From Chiloscyllium plagiosum (taxonomy: Eukaryota), in NCBI RefSeq assembly GCF_004010195.1, contig NC_057749.1:14787429-14827359 (forward strand): 39,931 nt of DNA. The letters run 5' to 3'. Positions 1 through 11,333 of the stretch are shown in pieces (the stretch's first letter is position 1; each line of letters opens with the position of its first letter). The notes under the pieces were generated by a model, which did not search any database, was not told the DNA's origin, and saw nothing but the letters and a program-made list of their open reading frames with translations. The translations under genes and the position numbers were made by a program.

Positions 1-185
1 GATGAAGAAAGATTTCTTCAGTCAAAGGTGACTGGACTTGTGGAAAGCTGTGGAGGTTGCATCACTAAGTATGTTCAATAAACAGATGGATAAACTTTCA
101 AATATTAAAGGCATCAAGGGGTGTGGAGAGATGATAAGATAAAGGTTCTGCCTTGATCATATTGAATGGCAGAGTAAGCTTGAAG
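1..185 (+). mobile_element. Decayed CR1-clade LINE 3' end fragment
   Basis: Resembles the CR1 ORF2 end and 3'UTR (atgaagaaagatttcttcagtcaaagg...ctgtggagg...tgatcatattgaatggcagag). Similar tails occur at about 15790-16020 and 32760-33230. Confidence 0.65.
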
Positions 186-587
186 CTTTTATGTATCGTT
201 GACTGCAAAGCAGTTTGAGATATTAGGTTGTTGTCAAAGGTGCTACATAAATGCAAGGCACTTCAGTTTTTGTATCTGCTGCCCAGTGTTGCTCCACAGC
301 AACACGGTTACACAACTAGGCAGCTCGGGAAGAATGTTTCACAACCCGTTTCCTTTTTCTGTATCCAAGGAGATAAAGAGCACTTGATGGATTGAATGGC
401 AGGCATTGAATTTTTTTTTTATTTTCTGGCCCATTGAGCTGGCCCATGGCCAGCAGAAGCTGATGATATACCAGTGTTAAGTGGTGGCACGGGGCTGGCT
501 GTGTTATTTCATGGAAATTCTCCATCTGTTCCCTTCCGATGTCGCTCTGTGCATAAACCATGAAGGGCAGTCATAACTGCACCACCA

Positions 588-1135
588 CTGTGTGTGTATG
601 TGTTGGTGCGAGCAAGTGTGTGTGTGTTTGTGTGTGTTGGTGTGAGCAAGTGTGTGTGTGTGTTGGTGTGAGCATTGTGTGTGTGTTGGTGTGTGTGTGT
701 GTGTGTGTGGGTGTGAGCGCAAGTGTGTGTGTGNNNNNNNNNNNNNNNNNNNNNNNNNNNNNNNNNNNNNNNNNNNNNNNNNNNNNNNNNNNNNNNNNNN
801 NNNNNNNNNNNNNNNNNNNNNNNNNNNNNNNNNNNNNNNNNNNNNNNNNNNNNNNNNNNNNNNNNNNNNNNNNNNNNNNNNNNNNNNNNNNNNNNNNNNN
901 NNNNNNNNNNNNNNNNNNNNNNNNNNNNNNNNNNNNNNNNNNNNNNNNNNTGTCTGTGTGTGAGTGTGTGAGCAGTGTGTGTGTGTGAGCAGTGTCTGTG
1001 TGTGTGTGAGAGCAATTTCTGTGTGTGAGAGCAATTCGATGTGTGTGTGTGTGTGAGAGCAATTTCTGTGTGTGTATGTGTGTGTGTTTGTGCGAGCAAG
1101 TGTGTGTGAGAGCAATTTCTGTGTGTGTGAATGAA
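588..1135. repeat. (TG)n-rich compound micro/minisatellite containing an assembly gap (N at 734-950)
   Basis: TG runs interspersed with recurring GAGCAA and GAGAGCAATTTCT units; 217 N. Confidence 0.95.
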
Positions 1136-1653
1136 CAAATGAGGGAAAGTGTTTGTGTGTTGTGAGGGAGTGAGAGTCAGTGAGGGAAGCCTGTTACTGA
1201 ATCGAGCAGCCTATAGCTTGAAGTCTGGGAAGGGCTTGGTCTCCTGGAGCTGATTTAAAATAAAAAATTTGATTCAGTGTTTGCACCTCTACCTAGAGTT
1301 TCCAATGCTGCAACTTCCACGACCTCAAACTCATAAGTTGAGTGCAACATCCTTTTCCACAGTTCCACTTTTGTTTTTAATGATCTATAGGTTTCCTCCA
1401 TTTAAAATGGCATGAAGGTCTTAAACATTGGTTTCTCTGGCTCATTCTATTCTCTGCAAACTCCATCTTCTCTTGGCTTCATGTCCAGGGACGTTATTCA
1501 GCCTTGGGTGGCCTGTTTGAGGGTACTAAGGTGATGTTTCAGCTCAGTTGGACTGTTCCATTGCAGCCATGGATATAAGTTAGCTGCCAACACAGGCAAG
1601 CATTCAGAGAAACCTCTGTGCATAGTTGAGGTGAATGACACAGATATGTTTAG

Positions 1654-1833
1654 GGCAGATGGGCAGAAGGCTGGAAAAACAGAGGAAGCCAGGCAGCATC
1701 TGGACTAGAGAAGGGTTATACCCGAAACATTGACTTCGGCACCTCCTGATGCTGCCTGACTTGTTGTGTTCTTCCAGCCTCCTGCTTGTCTACCTTGGAT
1801 TCCAGCATCTGCAGTATTTTTTATTGTCTCTAA
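1654..1833 (+). mobile_element. Short Penelope-terminus-like insertion with inverted arms and a degenerate hammerhead core
   Basis: Perfect 14-nt TSD ACAGATATGTTTAG (1640-1653 and 1834-1847). Stem GGGT-TAT-ACCC is followed by GAAAC. The left arm ggctggaa...aggcagcatc is complementary to the right arm gatgctgcct...ttccagcc. Confidence 0.75.
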
Positions 1834-1859
1834 ACAGATATGTTTAGTGTGGAAATCCA

Positions 1860-2640
1860 TGACAGAGGAAGAAATTGGATTATCAGATAGGATTAAAGGA
1901 AGTCAAACAGGGAAGGACCTTGTGCAGAACATTAATGTCAGCTGTCTTACTGGAGACATATGAGGACAAGAGCAAGGAAGTGGTGAAAAATGTGCATAAG
2001 ACACTGGTTCACTCTCAACTGGAGCTGAAAATGTGTTGCTGGAAAAGCGCAGCAGGTCAGGCAGCATCCAGGGAACAGGAGAATCGACGTTTCGGGCATA
2101 AGCCCTTCTTCAGCCCTTTTTTCACTCTCAACTGGAGGATTGTGTCCAGTTCTGGGCAATTCACTTCAGTAGGAAGTGTTTGAAAACAGTGAAGAAATGG
2201 ATTTCAGGATTGTTTCCAAGGATGAGGATAGATTGGGGATTGTTTTCCTTGAAGAGAAGGCTAACAAGTGATTTGATCGAGGTGTACAAGATCCTGAGGG
2301 GTCTAAACAGAGCAGGCAGACTATTGGTAGACTAGGGGGATGTAGATTTAAAGCAATTGCAGGCAGCAATAAGTGAGACAGGAAGAGAAACAGTTTCATG
2401 TAGTGGGTGATGAGGAACTGGAATGTAAGTGGGGGGGGGGGGGGCAGGCAGGCTCAATCGAGGCAAACTGGGAATGAGATTATTATCCGAGAAGGAAAAA
2501 TATGCAGAGAGGTGGGAAATGGCAACAGGTGCAACGTTCATTCAGAGAGCCAGTGCAAGCGAGATGGGCCGAATGGCTGTTTTTATAACTGTTCTGTGAT
2601 GCTGTACACTGGTTGGGCCCAATGGCCTGATTCTAAACTG
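1860..2640 (+). mobile_element. Old CR1-clade LINE 3' portion, interrupted at 2025-2120
   Basis: Degenerate CR1 ORF2 C-terminal motifs (cataagacactggtt...tgtgtccagttctgg; gatttgatcgaggtgtacaagatcctgagggg) and the tail gatgggccgaatggc. Confidence 0.7.
2025..2120 (-). mobile_element. 96-nt insertion carrying an intact minimal hammerhead ribozyme core (2086-2113)
   Basis: Perfect 17-nt TSD TTCACTCTCAACTGGAG (2008-2024 and 2121-2137). The minus strand reads CTGAAGA-A-GGGC-TTAT-GCCC-GAAAC-GTC. Confidence 0.85.
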
Positions 2641-3239
2641 TAAATTTGATGTCATTTGTCATAGAATCAGGGAAGGCAGGCTATTATAGCTGATCCCCTC
2701 TTTGTTCCTAGGCACTGATTCTAACAGGGGGTTACAGGGTGGTAACGGACAGTAGGAACTTGTCTCTCTCTCTCTCCTCCCAAATCCGTGGATCGTGGGA
2801 ATGACAGCTGCTCTGTGTGGCAGCAATAGTGGGGTCAGTCACCCGGCAGAGAGCCAGGCCAGAAACCTGGGATATAACTGATCCAGGACTGGATAGCTCA
2901 GAGATTTCACAAGCTGCACGAACACCTCATCTGTGTAGGAAGATGCAGAATGTCCGACAGCCGTCAGATGTGAGGTAAATGGTGCTGAGTGTTCAGTTGG
3001 ATGTAAAAAAAATGTCCATTCAACTGTTATGCTTCAATATTCCATTTCAGAGTCTTCGTTCAATGTAATGGAGGGTTATTACTTTTTAACGCTGAATTAT
3101 TCAAAAATTTGTTATCCTACGAGTAGATTATTGACTCTTCATGTTATGCTTGAATAGAAAGCTCCAGTTGAAAGATGGAAGCTCAAACCTACTGCTGCAG
3201 ATGTCCTTGTGAGGATTTTCAAATGATATTGTTTCATTA

Positions 3240-3460
3240 TTTATTCAGTCACAGGAGTTATCACTCCTGCCAAGACCAGCATTTATTGCCCCTCCCTAAT
3301 TGCCCCTTGATAAAGTGGCGATGAAGTGCTGCAGTCCATGTGCTGTAGGGACACTGACATGCCGTTAGGGAGGAAGGTCCAGGAATTTGACCCAGGAGCG
3401 ACAATTTATTTCTGAGTCAGGATGGTGAGGAGGACGTGCAGGTGGAGTAACTCAAGTTGT
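3240..3460 (-). mobile_element. CR1/L2-clade LINE 3' end fragment, inverted relative to the copy at 3500-3720
   Basis: ccagcatttattgcccctccctaattgcccc...gttagggaggaaggtccaggaatttgaccc is the reverse complement of ggatcaaaatcctggaactccctccctaacagc at about 3635-3667. Confidence 0.6.
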
Positions 3461-3499
3461 GCTGTCAAAAGCTGAAAGTGGGATCTTTGCTATCCCCCG

Positions 3500-3720
3500 T
3501 AGCAACTCACGACTCATCCACCAACAGCACGTTCCCAGTCAACAAAGAAGGACAAGGGCATCATAAAATGGGGTCACCATCACCTGCTAGCCATCCTGAC
3601 TGGGAAATATATCACCATTCCTTCAATGTCACCGGATCAAAATCCTGGAACTCCCTCCCTAACAGCATTGTGTGTATATATCTAACCCCTCAAGGGTCAA
3701 GGAGATAACTCATTACTGCT
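3500..3720 (+). mobile_element. CR1/L2-clade LINE 3' fragment
   Basis: catcctgactgggaaatatatcaccattccttcaatgtcaccggatcaaaatcctggaactccctccctaacagc. Same family as 3240-3460 and 27995-28190. Confidence 0.6.
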
Positions 3721-4039
3721 TTCTCCACTCTCTGTGAGAGTGTTGGTCTCTCTGAATAAGAATAATACCTGTCCATGGTGAGAACTTGTGTCTGGAGTCT
3801 TTAAACTTAGGGGAGAACTGTAGCAACCACATGGCTGACCAGGAATCTCTCCTGCTCTGATTTGCTCTTGTTGGCATGTGTCAGAAGGATGTACGAATTG
3901 GACGTCAATCTGTTTCGCTGCGTAACAAAGATACCCTCCGTCAGATCCTGGAGTGGGACTTCACCCTGAACCCTGTAACCTGGCAGCAGGATATTCCCAC
4001 TGCTCCACAAGATGATCCTGCAATGCATTTAATAATTGG

Positions 4040-4232
4040 TGGATTAGATGGATTGGCTATGCTAAAAGAAATTGGCCTATAGAATCCAGGGATGTGCAGG
4101 TTAGGTAAGCTAGCCATGGTTAAAAACCCCATGCTGGGTTACGGTGTGTGGAGGGTCTGGATTGCGCCCTCCTTGCAAAGTCAGTACTAACTCAGTGGGC
4201 CAAATGGCCTCTTTCTGAGAGGGTTCTATTCT
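4040..4232 (+). mobile_element. Decayed 3' half of an HE1/V-SINE
   Basis: gatgtgcaggttagg...gccatgg and the tail tgggccaaatggcctc match the HE1 copies elsewhere in the window. Confidence 0.55.
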
Positions 4233-5704
4233 GTAGTGAGCACCAGAAGCCTGCCTTGCCTGTGGTGTTTGCACTCCATGAAGGAATAACAAAATGCAAT
4301 TGCTTAATTTGGGTTACTGGCTAACTCAATGTCTTCAGATAACCATAGCTTTAACAAGATGACAGCTCCTCTGCTGGTTAATTTCAAAAATATGATTTGT
4401 TCGTTAAAGAAATCTCTTTGTATGCATACGTAGTCCTAAATGCAGTTGTGTTCTGTCCACAGTAAACTAAGAAACGTTGGAGTTTGACTTATCACAACAA
4501 ACCAAAGACATCTCTTATATATACAAGACTATATTTACATGCATTTGAGGCACTAGGAGGGGCCAATAACTGAATGGGCCCCCAATTAGCTTCAGCAGGA
4601 AGATCAAAAAGTGGTCTTTTTCCCCCTACCCCCTGGCAGCAGCTACCACAACCTTTAGTGTGTCCCTCAGCACATAGCACTGAGGGAGCACCATGTAAGC
4701 TTGGACAGTGCTTCAGGAGTCATGAGCCTGACCCATCAGCCTTTCATTGCAGGTGGTACAGGAAAGTTGGAGACATTCCTTAATCAGTATCCGACAGTTC
4801 ACCAATTAGACAAAGCCATCCCTGAATGTGGAACTCTATCACAGAGTGAGCCATCACTATGTGTAAAGCTTATAAATCTTCTATAACGTTATTCCTCATC
4901 GTTAAAACAGTTTAAAGTAAGGTTTGGTCCAGCTCAGTTGTCCTGGTCCAGATAATTATTTCACTTCTTTGCCGGAGTCAAAAGTATAGGCTGTAAACAA
5001 TACATTGCAGATCCCTGTGAAATTGTATTGGCAACTAATGGAAATTGCTGAATCTGTTTAATATTTATGGGATATTATCTGCTTCCAAAGGGAATATTTC
5101 AATGTGAGTCATGTTATTTCAATGGACTAAAATGATGCTGATCGCAAAGTGTAGGGTCGCTGAGTTTTGAAGTGTCTGACACCATAATGTGGATGTGTCA
5201 GAGACCTCTTCAGAACTGCTTGATGTGTTGGGGATATTATGGAGCATGTGGAATGTCAAAATTCAGACCAGTTGAGAACAGAATCCAAGCAACAATCTCT
5301 GTGGATGATGAGTAGAGTGGAATAAATTTCCAGTTTTGTTCTCTGTGTTTGATGTGCACAACCTGTAATTATTGTTTGGGGCTAGTGCAGCGTGCAATTC
5401 ATGAAATGCGGTTTTGGCTAAAATGCAGTTAATGCTTGACATCAGCTGTGGCCAAGTGGGTAGTGCCCACTGAGTCAGATGTTCATCGGTTCAAGTCCCA
5501 TTTCAGAGACATGAAGCAGGCTGACATTCTGATGGAGTGCAGCATTTGCTGAGTTGTCAGATTTCAGAGAGATTTACACTCAGTCTGTCCTCTTGGGTGA
5601 ACGCAAATGCTCCCATTGCAGTACATCAAAGGAAAGAGGTGTTTTTTTGGATGTCCTGTGACAATGGAATATTTTAATCCCTCAGTCAACAACAGCAGAA
5701 CCAG

Positions 5705-6146
5705 AATCAGAAGCAGAAACAGAAATTGCTGGCAAAACTCACGGCTCAGTGGTTAACACTACTGCCTCACAGTACCAGGGACCTGGGTTCGATTCTAGCC
5801 TTGGGTGACTGTCTGTGTGGAGTGTGCACATTCTCCCCATGTCTGTGTGGGTTTCCCCCTGTTGCTCCAGTTTCCTCCCACAGTCCAAAGATGTGCAGGT
5901 TAGGTGAATTGGCCATGGGAAATTGCCCATAGTGTGCAGGGATGTGTAGGCATGGTGCATTAGTCAGGTGTAAATGTCGAGTAATAGGTCTGGGTGGGTT
6001 ACTCTTCAGAGGGTTGGTGTGGACTTATTGGGCCGAACGGCCTGTTTCCACACTGTAGGCATTCTATGATTCTGAGGTCTGGCAGTATTTGAGAGAAGGA
6101 TGCAGAGTTAGCATTTTTTTTGAGTCTGATGACTTTTCATCAGAAT
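5705..6146 (-). mobile_element. Short hammerhead-type Penelope-terminus-like element (5705-5741 plus 6074-6146), split by an HE1 SINE
   Basis: acagaaattgctggcaaaactca joins ggtctggcag...agagttagc...gagtctgatgacttttcatcag. The minus strand gives CTGATGA-AA-AGTC-ATCA-GACT, with the G of GAAA lost. Confidence 0.6.
5743..6072 (+). mobile_element. HE1-type V-SINE
   Basis: Pol III A box (ggctcagtgg) and B box (ggttcgattc); V-domain ttctcccc.tgtctg.gtgggtttcc...cagtccaaagatgtgcagg; CR1-like tail attctatgattct. Confidence 0.9.
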
Positions 6147-7429
6147 GGATAATCAGGTTGTTACTACATTGCTGTCTGTGGGAGTTTGCTATGTATGATT
6201 TGGTTGCTGTTTCCTCCTTTGTAACAGTGACTACTCTTGCCAAGTAGATCGTTGGCTGTAAAGTGATTGGGTGGCATCCTGAGGTTGCTATAGAAATACA
6301 AGCTTTTTTGTTTATAAGTAAGGGTATTGTACATTCACTGGATTTGCTGCTGTTTAGATTTTGTGAACTTTGCTAGATTTCTGAAACTTCATGCCTTTAT
6401 ATAAAGTGGAAGCTTGCACTCACATTCCATTTGCGAAGCTCGCCCAGATGAAACTTTCTAGTTGGCTGAGTTGTGCAGACCAGACTGCAGAGGTTCCTCT
6501 TCTGATTAACAATCCATGCAATAGGAACGTTACATGTTGCAGTGTGCAGGGCTGGGTCACTGTGGCTTCAGGCCACTCTGACCTTGGAACCTGATCCCAA
6601 AGTATGTAAAATACCAAATGAATAGCTCTTGATTGCTTCTATTGTCTAACACCACTCTCCCTGAACAGTTCTGCAGCTATCACATGGCATTGTCAGCTCT
6701 AAACTGAATGGTTCCTGATCTCTTGTGCCTGAACAGATATGAACTGACCCTGGTCTCATTTGCTTGGTTTTGCTTTGTAGTGAGTATGGGCATGATGAAG
6801 GGATGGAAAACTTGAGGATTGGATTCCAGTACTAATTAGACTCTCGATAGGTCTGATTCAGTGTAAACCTAGTGAGTGTAACGCTGGATTATTCCAGCAT
6901 TGATACTCTAATGATATCAATATAATTAGGGAAGGTCAATGATCATGACCTTTGGGTTCATTGAATTCTTCAAGCTTGGTTTCACCAATTTCCACTCTTT
7001 TACAAATGGAACTCTTCCCAACTCTTAGCTGGCTCACCACAACATCCCATGGGCTTATCTCTCCGGCCTATCCAATTTCCACTAGCCCCTGTTTGCTAGA
7101 TTGATACAATTGCTTCTTTGCCCTGATCCCTGTGCAAATGCAGCGATCTGCCTCACCCTCCTGTCCCATCCCATCCTCAGTGACCACATCCATCAGGCTC
7201 GCCGCTCCCTCCCGCCATAGCCTGCCAACTCCCTCATGTCAAGTTTTGTATTTCTTTGAGCATTTTCCCAAAAGGTTCCTCACACTGTGCCTTTGTCAGC
7301 TCTTGTGCTGTCTTCCCTTGGCTTGGTGTCCTTCACTGCCCTCAAAATGTCATGAAAAATTTGACTAACTAAGAGATGATGTATCTTGGAGCTACTTTCT
7401 TCAGTCCACTGCTCACACCCTTCTACGTC

Positions 7430-7635
7430 CTTTAGAATTTTCAGAGCCCCTGTCCATCTATCTTTCCATTTGAGACCCTTCTTTAAGTTCAACTCAGCGA
7501 CTGAGTTCTCACTCACTCATCCTGATGTCTCCACCTTTTGGTTGGCATCCATTCTCCCAACACTGTTTCTGTGGAGCGCCGTGGGACGTTCCTCAATGTT
7601 AAAAGCGTCGTCTAAAAGCAAGTTACTCTTGTAGC
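7430..7635 (+). mobile_element. L2-clade LINE 3' end (old)
   Basis: Typical L2 tail ctgtggagcgccgtgggacgtt...gttaaaagcgtcgtctaaaagcaagtt, similar to 13090-13170. Confidence 0.55.
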
Positions 7636-8649
7636 GTCTAAATAAATCATCAGTGTGCTTTTAAGAGCATAATCAGGTCTGAATTTGCTCCAGAGTCTGT
7701 TGTTTGGGCTGTGCATTTGGCAAAACCTGACTCAATAAAACGAGGCACTGATCCAATGAAGTAAACTATGATTTTCCAGCATTACTGCGGTGGTGACAAT
7801 GAGATAAGCCACTTAAGGAACTGTTTCTAGGCCTTTTGTTTTTATTTGAGATCATCGTGGATTCAGCGTGCTCTTTTGTCAAGTTTGTTTTGCAGAACAA
7901 CATTTTTAGGGCATGTGTCACCCACCAGAAATAGTGGCTGTCCAGAATTAAACAAAAGTTGTGGTTTCTCTCCCTGGTCTAGTGGAAGCTGAAAGCCTTT
8001 CGTCTGTTTTATCCTGACGTTTTGTTTACAGCAGGTTGTCTGCAGCCAGCACATAGACCGAGCGTAGTGATCGGCTTTCAACCCTTGCTCTCTCTCTCAG
8101 ACTGAGCATCCAATGTATTTCTGTTGCAAATGTTTGTATGAGTCATTAGGAATTATAGGAAGGAAACGTTCCTCACCCATTAAAGCATTTCCACGAGTCT
8201 GTGATACTTTGTAAAGTAGGGAGTGCTCCCAGTTGCATCAACTTCAGATTGGCCTCTTTCAAACTTAGGTACCCGCCCTGTGCAGGCAGAAGGAACATGT
8301 TTTGGATTAAACAAAAGCCCAGGTGACTGTAGCTTCCTCCTTCATGATGCTTTCTCCATAGCGATGCCCCAACCAGCCAGGGTCAAGTTGCTAATTCGTC
8401 AGCTCCCTTCTCTCATGCAGGCGAAATTCTTGTTCTCTTTGACCCTTGGCACTTTTGCTTCTATCCCGATGCATTCAAGATGGCTAGGCTATTTTTTATT
8501 CACGAAATAGCTCCACAGAGGCTGGGTCCCATCACCAAGTCACCCTTTAATTGCACATAAACAATCCTTGACTTTAGAACTGCCTCATACAGAGTCAGGC
8601 ACCAGAATTTTCATATCTCTGATGCTCGACCTTCTTAATTTAAAAAAAA

Positions 8650-8772
8650 TTTAAACTATTTTTCTAATCAACCTATTAAAAAATTTCGTTTACACACCTT
8701 TAAAGCAGGTGGGATTTGAAACCAGCCCTCCCGGTTGAGGGGTCAGGACACTACCACTGCATCACATCAGGC
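8650..8772 (-). mobile_element. Short tRNA-derived SINE
   Basis: Minus strand: gcagtggtagtgtcc (A box), tcaaatcccacctgct, ggttgattagaaaa. Further copies at 9118-9243 and 25845-25945. Confidence 0.7.
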
Positions 8773-8791
8773 TTCTATACTCGAGCTTTTT

Positions 8792-9021
8792 TCTTTTTTT
8801 TTTAAGGAGAGTCCTTGCACATACACTCACAATAGGCAAACACTCAAGTGGCCAGTGACAAACACTGCCCTTCACCTCAAAGGGCAAGCACACCTGTTTT
8901 TGCTTATTTTATCGCTTATTTTATCCCCATCACCCATGGTGTGTGTGTGCAGGTGTGTGAGACAGTGATTTTCCTGGATTTTTTTTTTAATAATTTAACC
9001 CCCACACTACCACCTAAGTGC
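8792..9021 (-). mobile_element. Poly(A)-tailed retroposed fragment, possibly L1/Tx1 3'UTR-derived
   Basis: Perfect 15-nt TSD ATACTCGAGCTTTTT (8777-8791 and 9022-9036) with a T-run at the left end. Family assignment is tentative. Confidence 0.6.
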
Positions 9022-9117
9022 ATACTCGAGCTTTTTATCTGTCAGCCAAGACTCCCTGATTGGGGCTGTTATTCTGGTCCAATCAGGAAATTCATTTCTG
9101 TGAGGTCCATCTGGGGA

Positions 9118-9243
9118 TCCTCTTGTGGTAGAGTCTCTATCCCTGGACTGGGAGGCCCAGCTTCACGTCCCACCTGCTCCAGGGGTGTGTAATAACTGTC
9201 TGAATAAGTTGATTAGAAAAATAAGTTAAATTTAAAAAAAAAA
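9118..9243 (+). mobile_element. Short tRNA-derived SINE (same family as 8650-8772)
   Basis: gtggtagagtctct...gtcccacctgctccag...gttgattagaaaa followed by an A-rich tail. Confidence 0.7.
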
Positions 9244-9325
9244 TCCAACTGGTGAATTTGAAAATAATCCCCATTATATAAAAATGGTGTCCAGCAGGCT
9301 GCCCTTACAATGATGGGAGTTGGCG

Positions 9326-9948
9326 TAGAGTCATAGAGCTGTGCAGCATGGAAACAGACCCTTCGGTCCAACTTGTCCATGCTGACCAGATATCCTAAAT
9401 TAATCTAGTCCCGTTTGCCAGCACTTGGCCTAAATCCCTCCAAACCCTCTCTCTTCATGTACCCATCCAAATGCCTTTTAAATGTTGAAATTGTAACAGC
9501 CTCCACCACTTCCTCTGGCAGCTCATTCCATATACATGTCACCCACTGCATGAAAACGTTGCAACTGGAGTCCTCTTTAAATCTTTCCCCTCTCGCCCTA
9601 AACCTATGCCCTCTAGTTGTGGACTCCCCCAACCCAGAGAAAAGACCTTGTCTATTTATCCTATCCATACCCCCCATGATGTAATAAACCTCTTATAAGG
9701 TCACCCCTCAGCCTCCGATACTCCAGAGAAAACAACCTCAGCGTATTCAGCCTCTCCCTATAGCTCCAACCTTCCAACCCTGGCAACATCCTTGTAAATC
9801 TTTCCTGAACCCTTTCAAGTTTCACAACTGCTTTCCTATCCCAGGGAGACCAGATTTAACACAGCATTCCAAAAGTGGCCTCACCAATGTCCTGGAGAGC
9901 CACAACATGACCTCCCAACTCCTGTACTCAGTACTCTGACTAATAAAG
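9326..9948 (-). mobile_element. CR1 LINE (HER1-like), 5'-truncated 3' end
   Basis: The minus-strand ORF MGGMDRINRQGLF...TRGHRF...WNELPEEVVEA...FKRHLD is the CR1 ORF2 C-terminus. Tail ctctatgactcta. Confidence 0.9.
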
Positions 9949-10669
9949 CTGTGATGTGTAAGAATTAGGATCAGGATTAGGTCACATCATTTTCTCACTC
10001 TTTCAATTGAAAAGTGCATGGCTGATTCCCGAAACCTGACTGCCTTTTTTTGCCCTATGTCATTAATTGCTTTAATCTCTGCTTATTGACTTTTACGGCT
10101 GGGACTTGAGTTCAAAGCCAGCCCAGACTTGCTGAGGTTGAAAGTCTCCTCTTTGAGTTGGCGAAGCCTTGGCCTTTGATTCGTGAGGAAGAGCAATGGA
10201 GTGGTTAGTGAGGTAGGAATGGGAGGCAGAGAGAAGAAGGATGAATGGAGAGTAGTGAGGAAGAAGAGGAGGGGGTTAGTGAGGAGGCGGCAGAGTGGGA
10301 GACTAATGAGGAGGACTAAAAGGAGGACTAAAGGCATTCAAAGTGGGGGCAAAGGCTGTATAAGGAGTCTAGGATGAGAGGGGTCCAGTGTTCTCTCGGG
10401 ATGGATGAACAGGAGGAGAGAGGAAAGCAGAGCGGTGTGCTCTGCAGATCCTGTGGGTACAGAAGGTGAGACAGGGTGGTGGAAGGATTGGATTGTGTGG
10501 ATGAGGACCATAGAGTTGGACCCTGGTGATCTGAGCCACCCAGGGAGCTGCCCAGTGAATTCACACCCAACATCCTGATGCCAGTCCAAACAGATGCTGA
10601 TCACATAGAGATGGTCTTCCAGTCAGAGGACTGACTGTGTGGGGGGTGAGGGCAATCAAAACCTTTCAA

Positions 10670-10935
10670 TTAATCAACATCTCCTCACACCTTTCAGAAG
10701 ATTTCAAAACCCTACAGCTGGAATGAATTGTGGCATAGTTACTGTTGTCACAAAAGTGGAGATCCCGCAAAAAGATAGAGTAAACGGTTGGGCTTTTGGT
10801 GCCATTGCTTGAACAGTGTCATGAGATCTTTGGCCATGCAGCTTTGGATCACACTGATGGGCAGGTTACCTCGTGTTTTTATCCAAAGGATGAGAGAAGA
10901 TCCCTCGTTCATTCCCTCAGTCGATGTGTCAGCAA
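10670..10935 (-). mobile_element. Highly decayed DeuSINE-like element
   Basis: Patchy reverse-complement similarity to the 5442-6305 core and tail (gtgtcatgagatcttt; atccaaaggatg; ttccctcagt). Confidence 0.35.
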
Positions 10936-11333
10936 TAATGGGGATGTAAGCTAAAGCTGGGTTATATTAGTGTGACATGGAGGTCCCTTAGTGTTACTGC
11001 GAGGAGAGTAAGACTGAAGGAAATGGTTAAGAAAGTAAGAGGGGAATTGATTTATACCGCAATGATGGAGAAATAATTCAATACTCCTTGATGGAAATTA
11101 CTTCAATGGAAGGAGGTTTACTGTCTGACATGCCAATGGCATTTTGCTAACCAGTTATCGACTTAAACTGAAGGCATTCTGAGAAAAACAATTAAGCACC
11201 AAATAAATCTCTTATTACCCCTCCCTTCTCAGTCATTAAACAGATCCAATCTTTTTAGAGTTGCTCATTGGAGATCATCAAATGTCCCATTGCAGTGGTA
11301 TTCCTGCTACTCTTTAAAAGGTGGGTTTAATTT

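Larger units (their letters stand above)
5442..6305 (+). mobile_element. DeuSINE-like element (SacSINE1/AmnSINE1 type), split by nested insertions at about 5705-6146
   Basis: tRNA-like head (ggttcaagtccca). Deu-like core (gtctgtcctcttgggtgaa...atccctcagtcaacaa / cattgctgtctgtgggagtttgct...aacagtgactac). Tail ttggctgtaaagtg...gctatagaaatacaag. Confidence 0.7.
8503..9110 (-). mobile_element. Solo-LTR-like repeat (probably Gypsy), interrupted by two insertions at 8637-9021
   Basis: The reverse complement shares the blocks ccaatcag...tggctgacag and taaagggtgacttggtgatggga...tatttc with 15450-15656. Inverted CCAAT boxes at 9055-9087. Confidence 0.6.

Noticed and set aside
504..1138. Long His/Thr-rich or Val/Cys-rich ORFs
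   Set aside because: They are translations of a TG microsatellite and an N gap.
5743..5815. tRNA genes at A/B-box sequences
   Set aside because: These are SINE heads followed by SINE bodies, and no complete cloverleaf is evident.
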